From the NCBI GenBank assembly GCA_017524805.1, contig JAFXUX010000006.1, positions 389 through 64,388 on the forward strand: DNA of 64,000 nucleotides, read 5' to 3'. Position numbers and translations under genes: made by a program. This document shows, in pieces, positions 9,605-18,895 of this stretch (the stretch's first letter is position 1; the number at the start of each line of letters is the position of its first letter). The notes below the pieces were generated by a model. The model was not told the origin of the DNA. It searched no databases and saw only the letters and a program-made list of their open reading frames with translations. The DNA comes from Candidatus Methanomethylophilaceae archaeon (lineage in GTDB: Archaea; Thermoplasmatota; Thermoplasmata; Methanomassiliicoccales; Methanomethylophilaceae).

Positions 9605-11209
9605 TCATTCGGCTCTCTGAGAGTCGTCGGCGATCGCGTCACCTTCGGGGATTAGAACGTCAGAGCCGATTTCCGAGGGCTTCTTCACCTTGAAGATGAT
9701 CCCTATGAAGACCAGCAGAAGAATTAGCACGCCTCCGGTGAGGAACGCGAAATCCACGCTGTTGGCGAAGGCCAGAAGGATCTCGCCTGCGACCTGGTTA
9801 ACCTGATCGGGCACGAGAATGGCTACCTGCGCCCAGAACTCCGGGTCGAGCAGCGAATCCAGCACGCCGGTGTTGTGGGGGACGATGTCGTAAACGGCCT
9901 CTGGCAGAAGCTTGAACAGCTCGCCGTCGATCTTGTTGGATATGACCATCGCGAAGATCGCGCTCCCTATGGTCGCGCCTACCGACCTGATGAGATTGAC
10001 GGCGGACGTCGTCATCCCTATCTCGGAATTCTCGGAGCTGTTCTGGACGGCAGTCATGATGACGCCTATGAAACATCCGAGGCCGAAACCGAGGATGAAC
10101 AGAGACATGACGTAGTACCCAACGGTGGTCCCGACTGTCATCTGGGACATCAGATAGAGCCCTGCGAAAGCGATGACGGGCCCGGAGCAAAGCCACAGCC
10201 TATATCCGGTCTTTTCGAGCAGAGCTCCGCTGGACAGCGAAGTGATCATCATGCCTGCGACCAATGCCAAGGAATAATACGCCGAATCCAAGACGGAGTA
10301 CCCAAGAACGTAGATCGAGAACATCGATGCGTAGGTCATGGCTCCCATCATGGCTATCCCGAAGATGAACATGAAAAGAGCCGCCTTGACGACCACGCTG
10401 TTGTGGATCAGATGGGGCGCGATGATGGGCTCTGGAACTCTCCTCTCATTGATGACGAACAGCGCGATGAGCGCCAAAGCGAGGGCCACCATGGCGAACG
10501 ATGTGATGCTGAACCAATCGAATTTGTCCCCTCCGAACTGGAAGAAGAGCAGAACGTCGATGAGCATTACAGACAGGAGAGCGATACCCACCTTGTCTAT
10601 CCTGACCGATGCGGAATCGCTGATGGGCGTGGGGAACTTCTTGATCGTCAGCACGTATGCGGCCGCGGCCATCGGGATGTTGATGTAGAATATCCAATGC
10701 CAGCTGATGTACTCGGTTATGTACCCTCCGATAAGGGGGCCTATTCCGCTTCCGATCCCGAAGATGGCGCCGAGCATCCCCTGCATCCTAGCCCTCTCGC
10801 GCGGGGAATATAGATCTGCCACGGCGGCGGTGGCGACGGGTATCAGGATACCTCCGCCCAACCCTTGGATAGCACGGCAGGCGATGAACATCTCCATGCT
10901 GGTGGACAGCCCGGCCAGGAACGATCCCGCCACGAAGATGGTGAGTCCGATGAGGAAAAGCGGCTTCCTTCCGTAGAGATCCGAAAGCTTCCCTGAAATG
11001 GGGATCATCACGGTCTCACACAGCATATATGCCGTGATCATCCATGCATAAAGCTCCGCGCCATGGAGATCTTCTATGATTCTCGGCGCGCACGTGCCGA
11101 CGATGGTCCCGTCGAAGCACGCGATGAGCATGGCGAGCCCGAGGCCCAGCATTATCATCTTGCGGACCTTGGGATCTATGTTTTTGTAGGTTATCTGTTC
11201 GGCTGCCAT
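9605..11209 (-). CDS. MFS transporter, DHA2 (14-TMS drug:H+ antiporter-like)
   Basis: 534 aa and highly hydrophobic. Motif A-like GKLSDLYGRKPLF and the LGGGILIPVATAAVADLYSPRERARMQG region are present. Confidence 0.85.
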   Translation of the reverse strand: MAAEQITYKNIDPKVRKMIMLGLGLAMLIACFDGTIVGTCAPRIIEDLHGAELYAWMITAYMLCETVMIPISGKLSDLYGRKPLFLIGLTIFVAGSFLAGLSTSMEMFIACRAIQGLGGGILIPVATAAVADLYSPRERARMQGMLGAIFGIGSGIGPLIGGYITEYISWHWIFYINIPMAAAAYVLTIKKFPTPISDSASVRIDKVGIALLSVMLIDVLLFFQFGGDKFDWFSITSFAMVALALALIALFVINERRVPEPIIAPHLIHNSVVVKAALFMFIFGIAMMGAMTYASMFSIYVLGYSVLDSAYYSLALVAGMMITSLSSGALLEKTGYRLWLCSGPVIAFAGLYLMSQMTVGTTVGYYVMSLFILGFGLGCFIGVIMTAVQNSSENSEIGMTTSAVNLIRSVGATIGSAIFAMVISNKIDGELFKLLPEAVYDIVPHNTGVLDSLLDPEFWAQVAILVPDQVNQVAGEILLAFANSVDFAFLTGGVLILLLVFIGIIFKVKKPSEIGSDVLIPEGDAIADDSQRAE

Positions 11210-11292
11210 CTGAATTACGGACGGACATTTCCTTCTGATATTTGTAGGTAAGCGAAGATCGATTCAGAACCGTGGCGACTGGCCCGGTAACG

Positions 11293-11766
11293 TCAGCTGT
11301 TCTCGCGGATATCCGCCACATATGGCTCATAAATGCTCCCGGCAGATATTTCATCGGCGCGTTCGGCGACCTTCGACATCACACTCAAGAAAACCTTCAG
11401 ATCTTCCTCAGGTATCCCTGTGAAAAGCCTTTCGTTCAGATCGTCGACGATCTCCCCCGCTTTCTTCGAAACAACCTCCCCCGAAGGGGTCAAACTTATC
11501 GACCACACTTTTCCGGTGCTGTCATTCCTGACGTATCCGCAGCGTATGAGCTCGCGGACGACGATGGAAACCCTGGATTTGTCTAGTGGGATGCATTCGC
11601 ACAGGCTCTTCTGGGATATGCATGGATGCTCCCTGATCGCCAGCAAAAACGGTATGTAATAGTACTTGAAGCCGCATTCCTCGGCCTTCTCTGAGCTGAC
11701 GGTACGCACGCACCTGGACATTATGTCCAAGAATTGGTGAAATTGAGCAAGCGAATAATCATCCAT
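11293..11766 (-). CDS. MarR-family transcriptional regulator
   Basis: Only the C-terminal 157 aa of ORF 11293..12915 are protein-like (MDDYSLAQFHQFLDIMSRC…ISQKSLCECIPLDKSRVSIVVRELIRCGYVRN, a wHTH). The remainder is antisense to ilvC. It is divergent from ilvC. Confidence 0.8.
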   Translation of the reverse strand: MDDYSLAQFHQFLDIMSRCVRTVSSEKAEECGFKYYYIPFLLAIREHPCISQKSLCECIPLDKSRVSIVVRELIRCGYVRNDSTGKVWSISLTPSGEVVSKKAGEIVDDLNERLFTGIPEEDLKVFLSVMSKVAERADEISAGSIYEPYVADIRENS

Positions 11767-11850
11767 AATTCGTTGAAGATGTATGAGTTTATAATAGCAA
11801 CCATCAATCTTTATGTGGGGATTGTCTAATACCGTCCTCAGGTGCGAAAT

Positions 11851-12837
11851 ATGCAGCTTTATCACGACAAAGATGCGGACCTTTCGATATTCGACGGCAA
11901 AAAAGTTGCCGTCCTCGGATACGGAGCGCAAGGAAGGGCGCAGGCCCTCTGCTTCCACGACTCCGGCATCGACGTCACCGTGGGCGTCAGAAAAAACGGG
12001 AAATCCTGGGAGAAAGCGAAGGAAGACGGCCTCAAAGTCGCCGAGTTCGCAGACGCGGTGAAAGGCGCCGACGTCGTCCTCATGCTCCTTCCGGACGAAA
12101 TCCAGCCTGACATCTACAAAGAATATGTGAAGCCCAACCTCAAGAAAGGAGCGGCCCTCGAATTCGCGCATGGATTCGCCATAACATACAAGCTCATAGT
12201 CCCGCCCAAAGACGTGGATGTCATCATGATGGCGCCCAAAGCCCCCGGAGACATGGAAAGGATCGTCTTCACCGAGGGATTCGGAGTGCCTGCCCTGATA
12301 TGCATCCACCAGGACGTCACCGGAAACGCCAAAAAGATTGCCCTCGGACTCGCGAAAGGGCTCGGGGCCACCCGTGCCGGAGTGTTCGAAACCACTTTCG
12401 ACAACGAGACCTACACCGACCTGTTCGGAGAGCAGTCGGTCCTCTGCGGAGGCCAGACGGAACTCATCAAGAAAGGGTTCGAGACCCTCGTCGAAGGCGG
12501 GTACCCTCCCGAGATGGCCTATTTCGAGGTTCTGCACGAGACCAAACTCATCGTCGACCTCATCAACAAGGGCGGATTCGAGCTCATGTGGCATGTGGTC
12601 TCCAACACTGCGGAATATGGCGGCATGACCAGAAGGGAGAGGGTCGTCACCGACCAGTCCAAGAAGGCCATGAAGGAGATCCTCACCGAGATCGAGAACG
12701 GAACCTTCAAAGACCAGTGGAGAAAGGAGTGGGCCGACGGCCTCGTCAACCTCAAAGCCATGGAAGAGAAAGAGAAGCAGCTCCAGCTCGAAGTAACCGG
12801 AAGAGAGATCCGCAAGCTCTTCGAGAGAAAGAACTGA
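11851..12837 (+). CDS. ilvC: ketol-acid reductoisomerase
   Basis: MQLYHDKDADLSIFDGKKVAVLGYGAQGRAQALCFHDSG…, class I KARI length. An alternative GTG start lies at 11842. Confidence 0.95.
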   Translation: MQLYHDKDADLSIFDGKKVAVLGYGAQGRAQALCFHDSGIDVTVGVRKNGKSWEKAKEDGLKVAEFADAVKGADVVLMLLPDEIQPDIYKEYVKPNLKKGAALEFAHGFAITYKLIVPPKDVDVIMMAPKAPGDMERIVFTEGFGVPALICIHQDVTGNAKKIALGLAKGLGATRAGVFETTFDNETYTDLFGEQSVLCGGQTELIKKGFETLVEGGYPPEMAYFEVLHETKLIVDLINKGGFELMWHVVSNTAEYGGMTRRERVVTDQSKKAMKEILTEIENGTFKDQWRKEWADGLVNLKAMEEKEKQLQLEVTGREIRKLFERKN

Positions 12838-12855
12838 AGGCGGAAGGGGAGAGAT

Positions 12856-13440
12856 ATGAGCGAGATATCCATAAGGTGCGTCCATGCCGGGGAATTCCGC
12901 GGCGATCTCGACCATTCGGACATATCGAATGCCATATGGCTCTCCCCGCCCGTCACCCTTGAGACGAACATGCTGGGGGGCATGATGTACTGCGAATTGC
13001 CCCTGGATGCCGTCCTGCCCAAGGAAAACCGCGTTACCAAATTGGAGATCGGGGACATCGCCTATTGGCCCGGCCCCGGCGCATTCTGCGTCTTCTTCGG
13101 CCCGACTCCCCTGAGCGGGGAGGATGGCAAACCTGTCGCCCCTTACCCCGTCATAAAGATCGGAAAGATGATCGGGGACTGCTCCGGAATGGATCGCATC
13201 GGAGACAGGCAGAGGATAGTCCTGTCGCCTGTGCTGCGACCGCCGGGAACCCCATTTCAGAAGAAATCATCCAGCTTTTTGACTTTGGCGGATGGCTTCG
13301 AAGCCTTCGCCTTGTTCCCCTTCTCCTTCGGCGCGAAAGAGAAGAGATCGGCCTGCTGGTTCCCTGTCATAAGGTCCTTCTCAGTCCATCCGAAGACTTC
13401 TGTTATACGGGACGCTGTCTGGGCGATGCGCTCGGCATAA
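12856..13440 (+). CDS. cyclophilin-like (TM1367/PF04126-like) protein with a ~70-aa C-terminal extension
   Basis: EIGDIAYWPGPGAFCVFFGPTPLSGEDGKPVAPYPVIKIGKMIGD matches the cyclophilin-like fold family. The ORF continues 184 nt into the convergent polB 3' end before a TAA. Confidence 0.6.
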   Translation: MSEISIRCVHAGEFRGDLDHSDISNAIWLSPPVTLETNMLGGMMYCELPLDAVLPKENRVTKLEIGDIAYWPGPGAFCVFFGPTPLSGEDGKPVAPYPVIKIGKMIGDCSGMDRIGDRQRIVLSPVLRPPGTPFQKKSSSFLTLADGFEAFALFPFSFGAKEKRSACWFPVIRSFSVHPKTSVIRDAVWAMRSA

Positions 13441-15644
13441 TACCTGTAATCCGGCTTCCCGACGAACGGAACGCCGCTGACGTAAGGCTCCACCTTCTGC
13501 GGGGTGCTGCTCCCATCGGTCACTATCCATGAGACCTTCATCCCCGGTATGAACTCGTATCCTCTATCTATCATCTTCCTGGCAGCCTGGACGTTGGCCA
13601 TCCTCTCCGGATTCTCGTATGCGTCCAATCCCTTGCACGTCCTGGAGATCACCAAGCTTCCGATAGGGACTTCCCCTTTCAGCGTGTTTTGGACCGTGCG
13701 TCTGACGGTTTCCAGCGCCTCCGAATTCTCCTCGGCGAGGATCTTCTCGAACAGCCCGGCCAGAAGGTCGCTCTGAAGGTCGAACGAATCGGAGCGGCGC
13801 ATCTCGTAGCCTCTCACAAGAAGCTCGTCGGAAGCCTCCGGCCAGACCACCTTCCCCACGTACCTCTTCTTCATCCCGTGGGTGAACATCGGCTCCAGAA
13901 GCTTCTCGAACTCCAGTATCCCGCCGTCCTTGGAGAAACGGTCGGCCATCTTTCCGCCGAAATTCACGGCACCTTCCAGCGTATGGTCGGGAGACTGCAT
14001 GAAAACCGAGTCGGTATCGGAATAGATTACGGAGATGCCCTCCGACTCCACCGTCTCTATTATCCCTTTGATGTTGGATCTGGCGAACGACGTTATCGCA
14101 GAGCCTATGCTCTTGTCGGTGAAACGGTAGAACGAGGAAGCGAAGACCCCGTAGAACGTATTCATCAGGACCTTGACCGCTGCCTGCAGACCGTCCAGAT
14201 AATGCTTCTCATGGTCATCAGACGTCTGCTTCATCCTCTTCTTTATGCTGTCCCTCTCGTTCATCAGATCGGAAAGGAGCTGCGGCAGAAGCCCGACCCT
14301 CCTCTCCTTGGACATGAACCTGGCTCCGGACGGGCTCTTGATCTCCCCGTCGGGAGACAGCGTGGTGAAGCAGATGTTCTTCGCGATGATCAGCGACGGA
14401 TACATGGATTTGAAGTCGAGGACGCACACCCAATGATACAGACCTGGGGTCATGCTGTGGACGTATCCCCCTTCGATCTGCTCCCCGGACGACGTCCTGG
14501 CGCCCATCGGAGGAACGCCGACTTTGTTCCTGTCGGCCATGCGTATCAGAAGGGAATCCACCAGCTGTGATGAGCCTGAGGTCAGCACGTCCTCCAGAGT
14601 AAGCTTGGACACGTAGGACAGGTCCATCCCTTTGCGGACCGTCCCCACCTCTATGAGAATGCGAAGCGCGAGCTCGGCATCCTTGATGCAGTATTCCTTG
14701 ACCTTCCCGGGGTTCTCGGCCCATTCCCTGTCCATATGCTTCGGATCGACGTCCAGCTTCTGCTCCCCTAAAATCTGCATGGAAACGGCGTTGAGCGTCT
14801 CCTGCTTGGGCCTGAGCTCCCTGCGGACCGCCCACCAGGCATCGCATATCACTCTGCCTTTGACCCTCCAGAACCTGTCGTTGACGAGCCTCGGCTGGCT
14901 TCCGTCGCGCCCCCACGGCATCGGATCCCTGACTTTGCAGGCCTTCGCCCTTTCGTCGATCTTCCTTATGTCGTAGTTGTCGATGTTGTATCCCGTGATC
15001 ACATCGGGATCCTCTTTCCTGATGATCTCCGCGAACGCCCGGATAATCTCTTCCTCGGTCCCGACCGCGGGCTCGCAGGCTCTTATGCCGTCCCTGTCGT
15101 GTATGACGGCGCATATCGTATAGAGCGTGTCGTGCTCTACGCTGTTCTCGACGTCGAAGGAGAGTATCCTGAGCCCGGGATCGAACGCCTCTATGTTCTC
15201 GAAGGATTCCATCTCGATGACGACGTCGGTGCCGTATTGCCTATCGGACGGCTTCCCGGTGACCCTTATGCACGCGCCCATATCGTTGTCGTAGAAGAAA
15301 CGGTGGTGATGGGGTATGTCCCCGGACAGGATCCTGTTCTTCTTCCTGATGGCGTTCCTCCATTCGGACAGCTTGCGGGGGTCGCTGAAAGTCACCTTGA
15401 GGACGTCGTGCACCTCGGACTTGTACAGCAGCCTGTCGGGCTCGGCGGACTCTATCCCTTCCTCCTTGGGCAGCAGATCCTTGAGCTCAGGCGCGGGATC
15501 GACCACGAAGAAATATGGCTTGAACCCGGAGGCCAAGACCGTCACGGACTCGCCCGTCCTCGCCCTTCCGAAGAGCTCGATGCAAGCGCCGCCCCCGTCT
15601 TGGACGAAGGAAGATCCTATCAGCCTAAGGTCCCAGGTTCCCAT
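13257..15644 (-). CDS. polB: family B DNA polymerase
   Basis: Exo I ILSFDVEN, pol motif A LDFKSMYPSLII, motif C VIYSDTDSVF. The true start is the MGTWDLRLIG ATG at 15644. The upstream part of ORF 13257..16241 overlaps ychF out of frame. Confidence 0.95.
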   Translation of the reverse strand: MGTWDLRLIGSSFVQDGGGACIELFGRARTGESVTVLASGFKPYFFVVDPAPELKDLLPKEEGIESAEPDRLLYKSEVHDVLKVTFSDPRKLSEWRNAIRKKNRILSGDIPHHHRFFYDNDMGACIRVTGKPSDRQYGTDVVIEMESFENIEAFDPGLRILSFDVENSVEHDTLYTICAVIHDRDGIRACEPAVGTEEEIIRAFAEIIRKEDPDVITGYNIDNYDIRKIDERAKACKVRDPMPWGRDGSQPRLVNDRFWRVKGRVICDAWWAVRRELRPKQETLNAVSMQILGEQKLDVDPKHMDREWAENPGKVKEYCIKDAELALRILIEVGTVRKGMDLSYVSKLTLEDVLTSGSSQLVDSLLIRMADRNKVGVPPMGARTSSGEQIEGGYVHSMTPGLYHWVCVLDFKSMYPSLIIAKNICFTTLSPDGEIKSPSGARFMSKERRVGLLPQLLSDLMNERDSIKKRMKQTSDDHEKHYLDGLQAAVKVLMNTFYGVFASSFYRFTDKSIGSAITSFARSNIKGIIETVESEGISVIYSDTDSVFMQSPDHTLEGAVNFGGKMADRFSKDGGILEFEKLLEPMFTHGMKKRYVGKVVWPEASDELLVRGYEMRRSDSFDLQSDLLAGLFEKILAEENSEALETVRRTVQNTLKGEVPIGSLVISRTCKGLDAYENPERMANVQAARKMIDRGYEFIPGMKVSWIVTDGSSTPQKVEPYVSGVPFVGKPDYRYYAERIAQTASRITEVFGWTEKDLMTGNQQADLFSFAPKEKGNKAKASKPSAKVKKLDDFF

Positions 15645-15649
15645 ATGGA

Positions 15650-16837
15650 TCACTTGTTCGCGACTATCCTTATGATGTCGCCGTCCTGAAGCTCGTAGTC
15701 GGCGCCCACGGTGCGTTTGGTGCGGGCGTTCACGGCGCGGATGAATTTGTCGCCCAGATCGGTGTGGATCTTGTACGCGAAATCCCTGGCGGTCGTGCCG
15801 CGGGGAACCAGGAAAGCATCCGGCAGCACCCTTCCGAAGTGGTCGGTGAACTTGTTCTCGTCTTCCACCGGATATACGGCTATCAGGCCCAGCATCTTGT
15901 AGGCGGCGTCCTCCAAGCATTTCTGCACTCCGGTGCCGCCGTACTTGTCCATGTTGGCCTTCATGTACTCCAGGCCTTTCCTCTGGGCGTCGGTGAGCTT
16001 CTTCCCCTCCACCACCTTGAAGGTGGGATCTCCGGGCACATATTCGACCAGACCTGCCGCGGCGGCCCTCTTCAGCGCCAGCTCCGTCTCGGCCATGGTC
16101 ACGACGCAGATGTCGTTTATGGCTTCGACCTTCTCGATGTTGCCCTCCGGCGCGATGTCCGCCTTGTTCATGGCGGCGATCATCGGCTTGGACCTCTTCC
16201 TGATCTCTTTGCACAGCCTCAGCAGCGATTCGTCGTCCCACTGGGTAGGGTCGTCAGGCAGAGGAGCCTCTCTGAGCGCGTCCTTGACCTGCTGCTCGGT
16301 GACGTTGAGCCCTGCGAGCCTCTCGTGGAGTATGGCCTCCGGCTTGCTGCCCTGCATCCTCGCCTGCCTGGCGATCTTGGAGAAGCCGTTCTTGATTATC
16401 TCTCTCATCCAGCATTCGATCTCGGTCCTGAGGAACAGGATGTCCTCGGTGGGATCATGGGACCCAGGCTCTCCGGGCACACCCTCGATATCTGTGGAAC
16501 CGCTGACGTCGACGACGTTTATGAGCGCGTCTGCCTGTCTGAGGTCGTCCAAGAACTGGTTCCCAAGGCCTTTGCCCTGCCAGGCGTCAGGCACCAGCCC
16601 GGCCACATCCAGAAGCTCGACCGGAATCATCCTAGTGCCGTTGACGCAGAGCGAATTGTGCGGGGTGCAGGTGACCCCGAGCCCTTTGCACGGGCATGGA
16701 GCACGGACGTATCCGACGCCTTTGTTGGGCTCTATTGTCGTGAAGGGATAGTTGGCGATCTCCACTGGAGCCATGGTTGCGGCCCCGAAGAATGTGGATT
16801 TCCCGACGTTCGGCTTCCCTACTATTCCGATTTGCAT
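15650..16837 (-). CDS. ychF: Obg-like GTPase/ATPase (YchF/DRG family) with C-terminal TGS domain
   Basis: MQIGIVGKPNVGKSTFF (G1), DVAGLV (G3), C-terminal GTTARDFAYKIHTDLGDKFIRA…GDIIRIV (TGS). Confidence 0.88.
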   Translation of the reverse strand: MQIGIVGKPNVGKSTFFGAATMAPVEIANYPFTTIEPNKGVGYVRAPCPCKGLGVTCTPHNSLCVNGTRMIPVELLDVAGLVPDAWQGKGLGNQFLDDLRQADALINVVDVSGSTDIEGVPGEPGSHDPTEDILFLRTEIECWMREIIKNGFSKIARQARMQGSKPEAILHERLAGLNVTEQQVKDALREAPLPDDPTQWDDESLLRLCKEIRKRSKPMIAAMNKADIAPEGNIEKVEAINDICVVTMAETELALKRAAAAGLVEYVPGDPTFKVVEGKKLTDAQRKGLEYMKANMDKYGGTGVQKCLEDAAYKMLGLIAVYPVEDENKFTDHFGRVLPDAFLVPRGTTARDFAYKIHTDLGDKFIRAVNARTKRTVGADYELQDGDIIRIVANK

Positions 16838-16867
16838 GAGATCAATGGGAGTATATCTCGCATCGGA

Positions 16868-17677
16868 TTAGTTTGTATCGTCCAGAGGGCGCCCGGAGCC
16901 AGGATGCCTTGCACGATACACCGCATCGGCCAGCTCCCCTATCTCCGCCGGGCGGAGGTTCTCTATCCTCTCGTCCAGATACGGGAACCCATCGGCGGAA
17001 TCGATCATGCGGGTAGCCTTCAGGGACGTGCCGATCTTCTTCCTGCGGTGGTTGAACGCTACCTCGACTACCCTGAAGAAAGTGGCCTCGTCAAGCACGC
17101 TGAACGGCGCCTTCCTGGGGACGATCCTGACCAATGCGGAATCGACTTTGGGCCTGGGGTCGAACCTTGACGCCGGGACGCTCTCCAATATCTCGCAATC
17201 GGCACGATAGAACAGATCGACGGTCAGGCGAGAATAGTCGGGGCTGCCCACGTCGGCGACCATGCGATCGGCGAATTCCTTCTGGACCATCACCACGGCG
17301 GACCTGAAATCATAATCCAGAAGCTTGAAGATGATCGGGGTGGAGACGCTGTAAGGCAGATTGCTGACGAAGACGTCGAACTCCGGGAACGGGACCTTGA
17401 CTGCGTCCCCGCGTATGAGAGTCAGACGGCCGCCGTACTCGCCTTCTATGTAGTCGGCGAGCTTCTCATCCAATTCTATGCAGGTCAGGCTTCCTGCGGC
17501 CTCTACAAGCCTTGAGGTGAGGACTCCGAATCCGGGCCCGACCTCGAGAACCCTGTCGCCTTCCCTTATGCCGGCGTATCCGATGTGCCTGTCGGCCACC
17601 CTGCCGTCGATCAGAAAATTCTGGCCCCTGCTCTTCCTCGGGACGAAACCGGGGTCAGGCCTGCCCGCACCCGTCAT
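16868..17677 (-). CDS. ksgA: 16S/18S rRNA adenine dimethyltransferase (KsgA/Dim1)
   Basis: RGQNFLIDGRVADRHI…VLEVGPGFGVLTSRL…NLPYSVSTP. Its ATG makes an ATGA overlap with the stop of the upstream DUF655 gene. Confidence 0.9.
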   Translation of the reverse strand: MTGAGRPDPGFVPRKSRGQNFLIDGRVADRHIGYAGIREGDRVLEVGPGFGVLTSRLVEAAGSLTCIELDEKLADYIEGEYGGRLTLIRGDAVKVPFPEFDVFVSNLPYSVSTPIIFKLLDYDFRSAVVMVQKEFADRMVADVGSPDYSRLTVDLFYRADCEILESVPASRFDPRPKVDSALVRIVPRKAPFSVLDEATFFRVVEVAFNHRRKKIGTSLKATRMIDSADGFPYLDERIENLRPAEIGELADAVYRARHPGSGRPLDDTN

Positions 17678-18195
17678 TTCGACACGAACAGATAGCGCTT
17701 GAGATCGGGGCTCTCGATCTCTTCGATAATGCGCCTGGCGAGCAGCTTCTCGGGGACCTTTATCTTGGCCCTCTCGGTGAGATCGGCGAAACCGGTGAAT
17801 TTGGCTTTCTCCCTCTCCCTGAGGATCTCCTCGACGGATTTCTTCCCCAGACCGGGGATCTCCTCCAGAAGGTGCTTGCGGAGGCTGATCGCCTGGGCTT
17901 CGTTGAAGAACCTGATGAATCTGTCCTCATGGAGCTTCACGATCTCGATGATGGCGTATTCCAGCTCCGACAGGGCGTTGTTGGTAAGCTCCCCGTACCC
18001 TATGCGGCTCTTGACGTGGTCTATGACGTCGCGCTTCTGCGTCGGGGTGTCTTTGCCTATGTAGACCCTGTCCCCCACGCCGAATATGGCGTTCGTCTTC
18101 GGGACCAGGATGAAAAGCTTGAACTCCTCGTCCCCCACGGCATAGGCCACGGGCTCTTTCTTTCCCATGCCCTGGCCCGAAATGCCTGTCGGCAA
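17674..18195 (-). CDS. DUF655 RNA-binding protein (S1-like plus HhH)
   Basis: It sits in the conserved archaeal L21e-RpoF-DUF655-KsgA arrangement. The C-terminal LEEIPGLGKKSVEEILRER is helix-hairpin-helix-like. Confidence 0.75.
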   Translation of the reverse strand: MPTGISGQGMGKKEPVAYAVGDEEFKLFILVPKTNAIFGVGDRVYIGKDTPTQKRDVIDHVKSRIGYGELTNNALSELEYAIIEIVKLHEDRFIRFFNEAQAISLRKHLLEEIPGLGKKSVEEILREREKAKFTGFADLTERAKIKVPEKLLARRIIEEIESPDLKRYLFVSK

Positions 18196-18245
18196 GTAAT
18201 CCAGGATGTATGCGAACTCTTCCGTATGAACCGCCTCCGGAAGTC

Positions 18246-18536
18246 TTATCCGATGTATTTCGCCACTATGTCCAGGATCGACTGGATCCTGTCGGCGGTG
18301 AGTTCGATCCTTTCCTTGTAGAATATGGCGCGGACATCGTTGGGGTATTTCGGCAGTATGTCCGCGATTTTGGCCGCTATGCGGTCGTCAACTATGTCGA
18401 GGGCGCTGACCTCTTCGACGAGCCTGCGCGTGTCCTCGGCGGAAAGGTAGGAGACTTTCTGGGCGTGCTCGAGCGCCGACTTCTGCGACGTGAGAAGCTC
18501 TCTCTTCTCGCTTTCCTCCGTCAGGAGTTCCTTCAC
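18246..18536 (-). CDS. rpoF: RNA polymerase subunit Rpo4/RpoF
   Basis: …LLTEESEKRELLTSQKSALEHAQK…AAKIADILPKYPNDVRAIF. The ORF track starts at GTG 18536. The same frame stays open upstream (KGSETISERYVTLAEV), which looks like the conserved RpoF N-terminus but has no ATG/GTG/TTG. Confidence 0.75.
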   Translation of the reverse strand: MKELLTEESEKRELLTSQKSALEHAQKVSYLSAEDTRRLVEEVSALDIVDDRIAAKIADILPKYPNDVRAIFYKERIELTADRIQSILDIVAKYIG

Positions 18537-18592
18537 TTCAGCCAGTGTTACGTAACGCTCAGATATAGTCTCACTTCCTTTTGTTTGTCGTT

Positions 18593-18886
18593 TCAGCTTT
18601 TGTTCTTCACGAGGTGCTCGGGGCGTGCGATGACGGTCTTGACTTTGTCTCCGTCCTTGACGCTGACCTCATAGGCGCTTCCCCTCTCTCCGATGATGAC
18701 CCCGGTGAGGCCGTGGAATCTGGAGAAGGGCATGCCTTTGTGCACGCTCGGGTCGATTATTATGTTGACTTTCTCCCCCTCTTCGAAGGTCTGAAGGCCT
18801 TTGGTGATAGGGGAAAGCCCGCGTGCCCTCGCCTTCTTCTTCAGAAGGTTGCGGGTTTTGGTCCTTGTTCCTCTGGATGCTTGCAT
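18593..18886 (-). CDS. rpl21e: ribosomal protein L21e
   Basis: MQASRGTRTKTRNLLKKKARARGLSPITKGLQTFEEGEKVNIIIDPSVHKGMP…. Confidence 0.92.
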   Translation of the reverse strand: MQASRGTRTKTRNLLKKKARARGLSPITKGLQTFEEGEKVNIIIDPSVHKGMPFSRFHGLTGVIIGERGSAYEVSVKDGDKVKTVIARPEHLVKNKS

Positions 18887-18895
18887 TCTGATCCC

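Noticed and set aside
11767-12915. N-terminal 380 aa of minus-strand ORF 11293..12915
   Set aside because: It is antisense to ilvC and not protein-like. Only the distal 157 aa, from ATG 11766, form the MarR regulator.
12856-13440. The 184-nt convergent overlap of the cyclophilin-like ORF with the polB 3' end as a functional feature
   Set aside because: The conserved domain ends near codon 125. The tail is the antisense of polB and is probably just the absence of an earlier stop. I cannot judge this without homologs, so it is noted in the feature only.
15645-16241. The 199-aa N-terminal extension of the polB ORF (13257..16241)
   Set aside because: It is R/G/H-rich junk overlapping the YchF-like gene in another frame. 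The PolB homology begins at MGTWDLRL (ATG 15644), 6 nt after the upstream stop.
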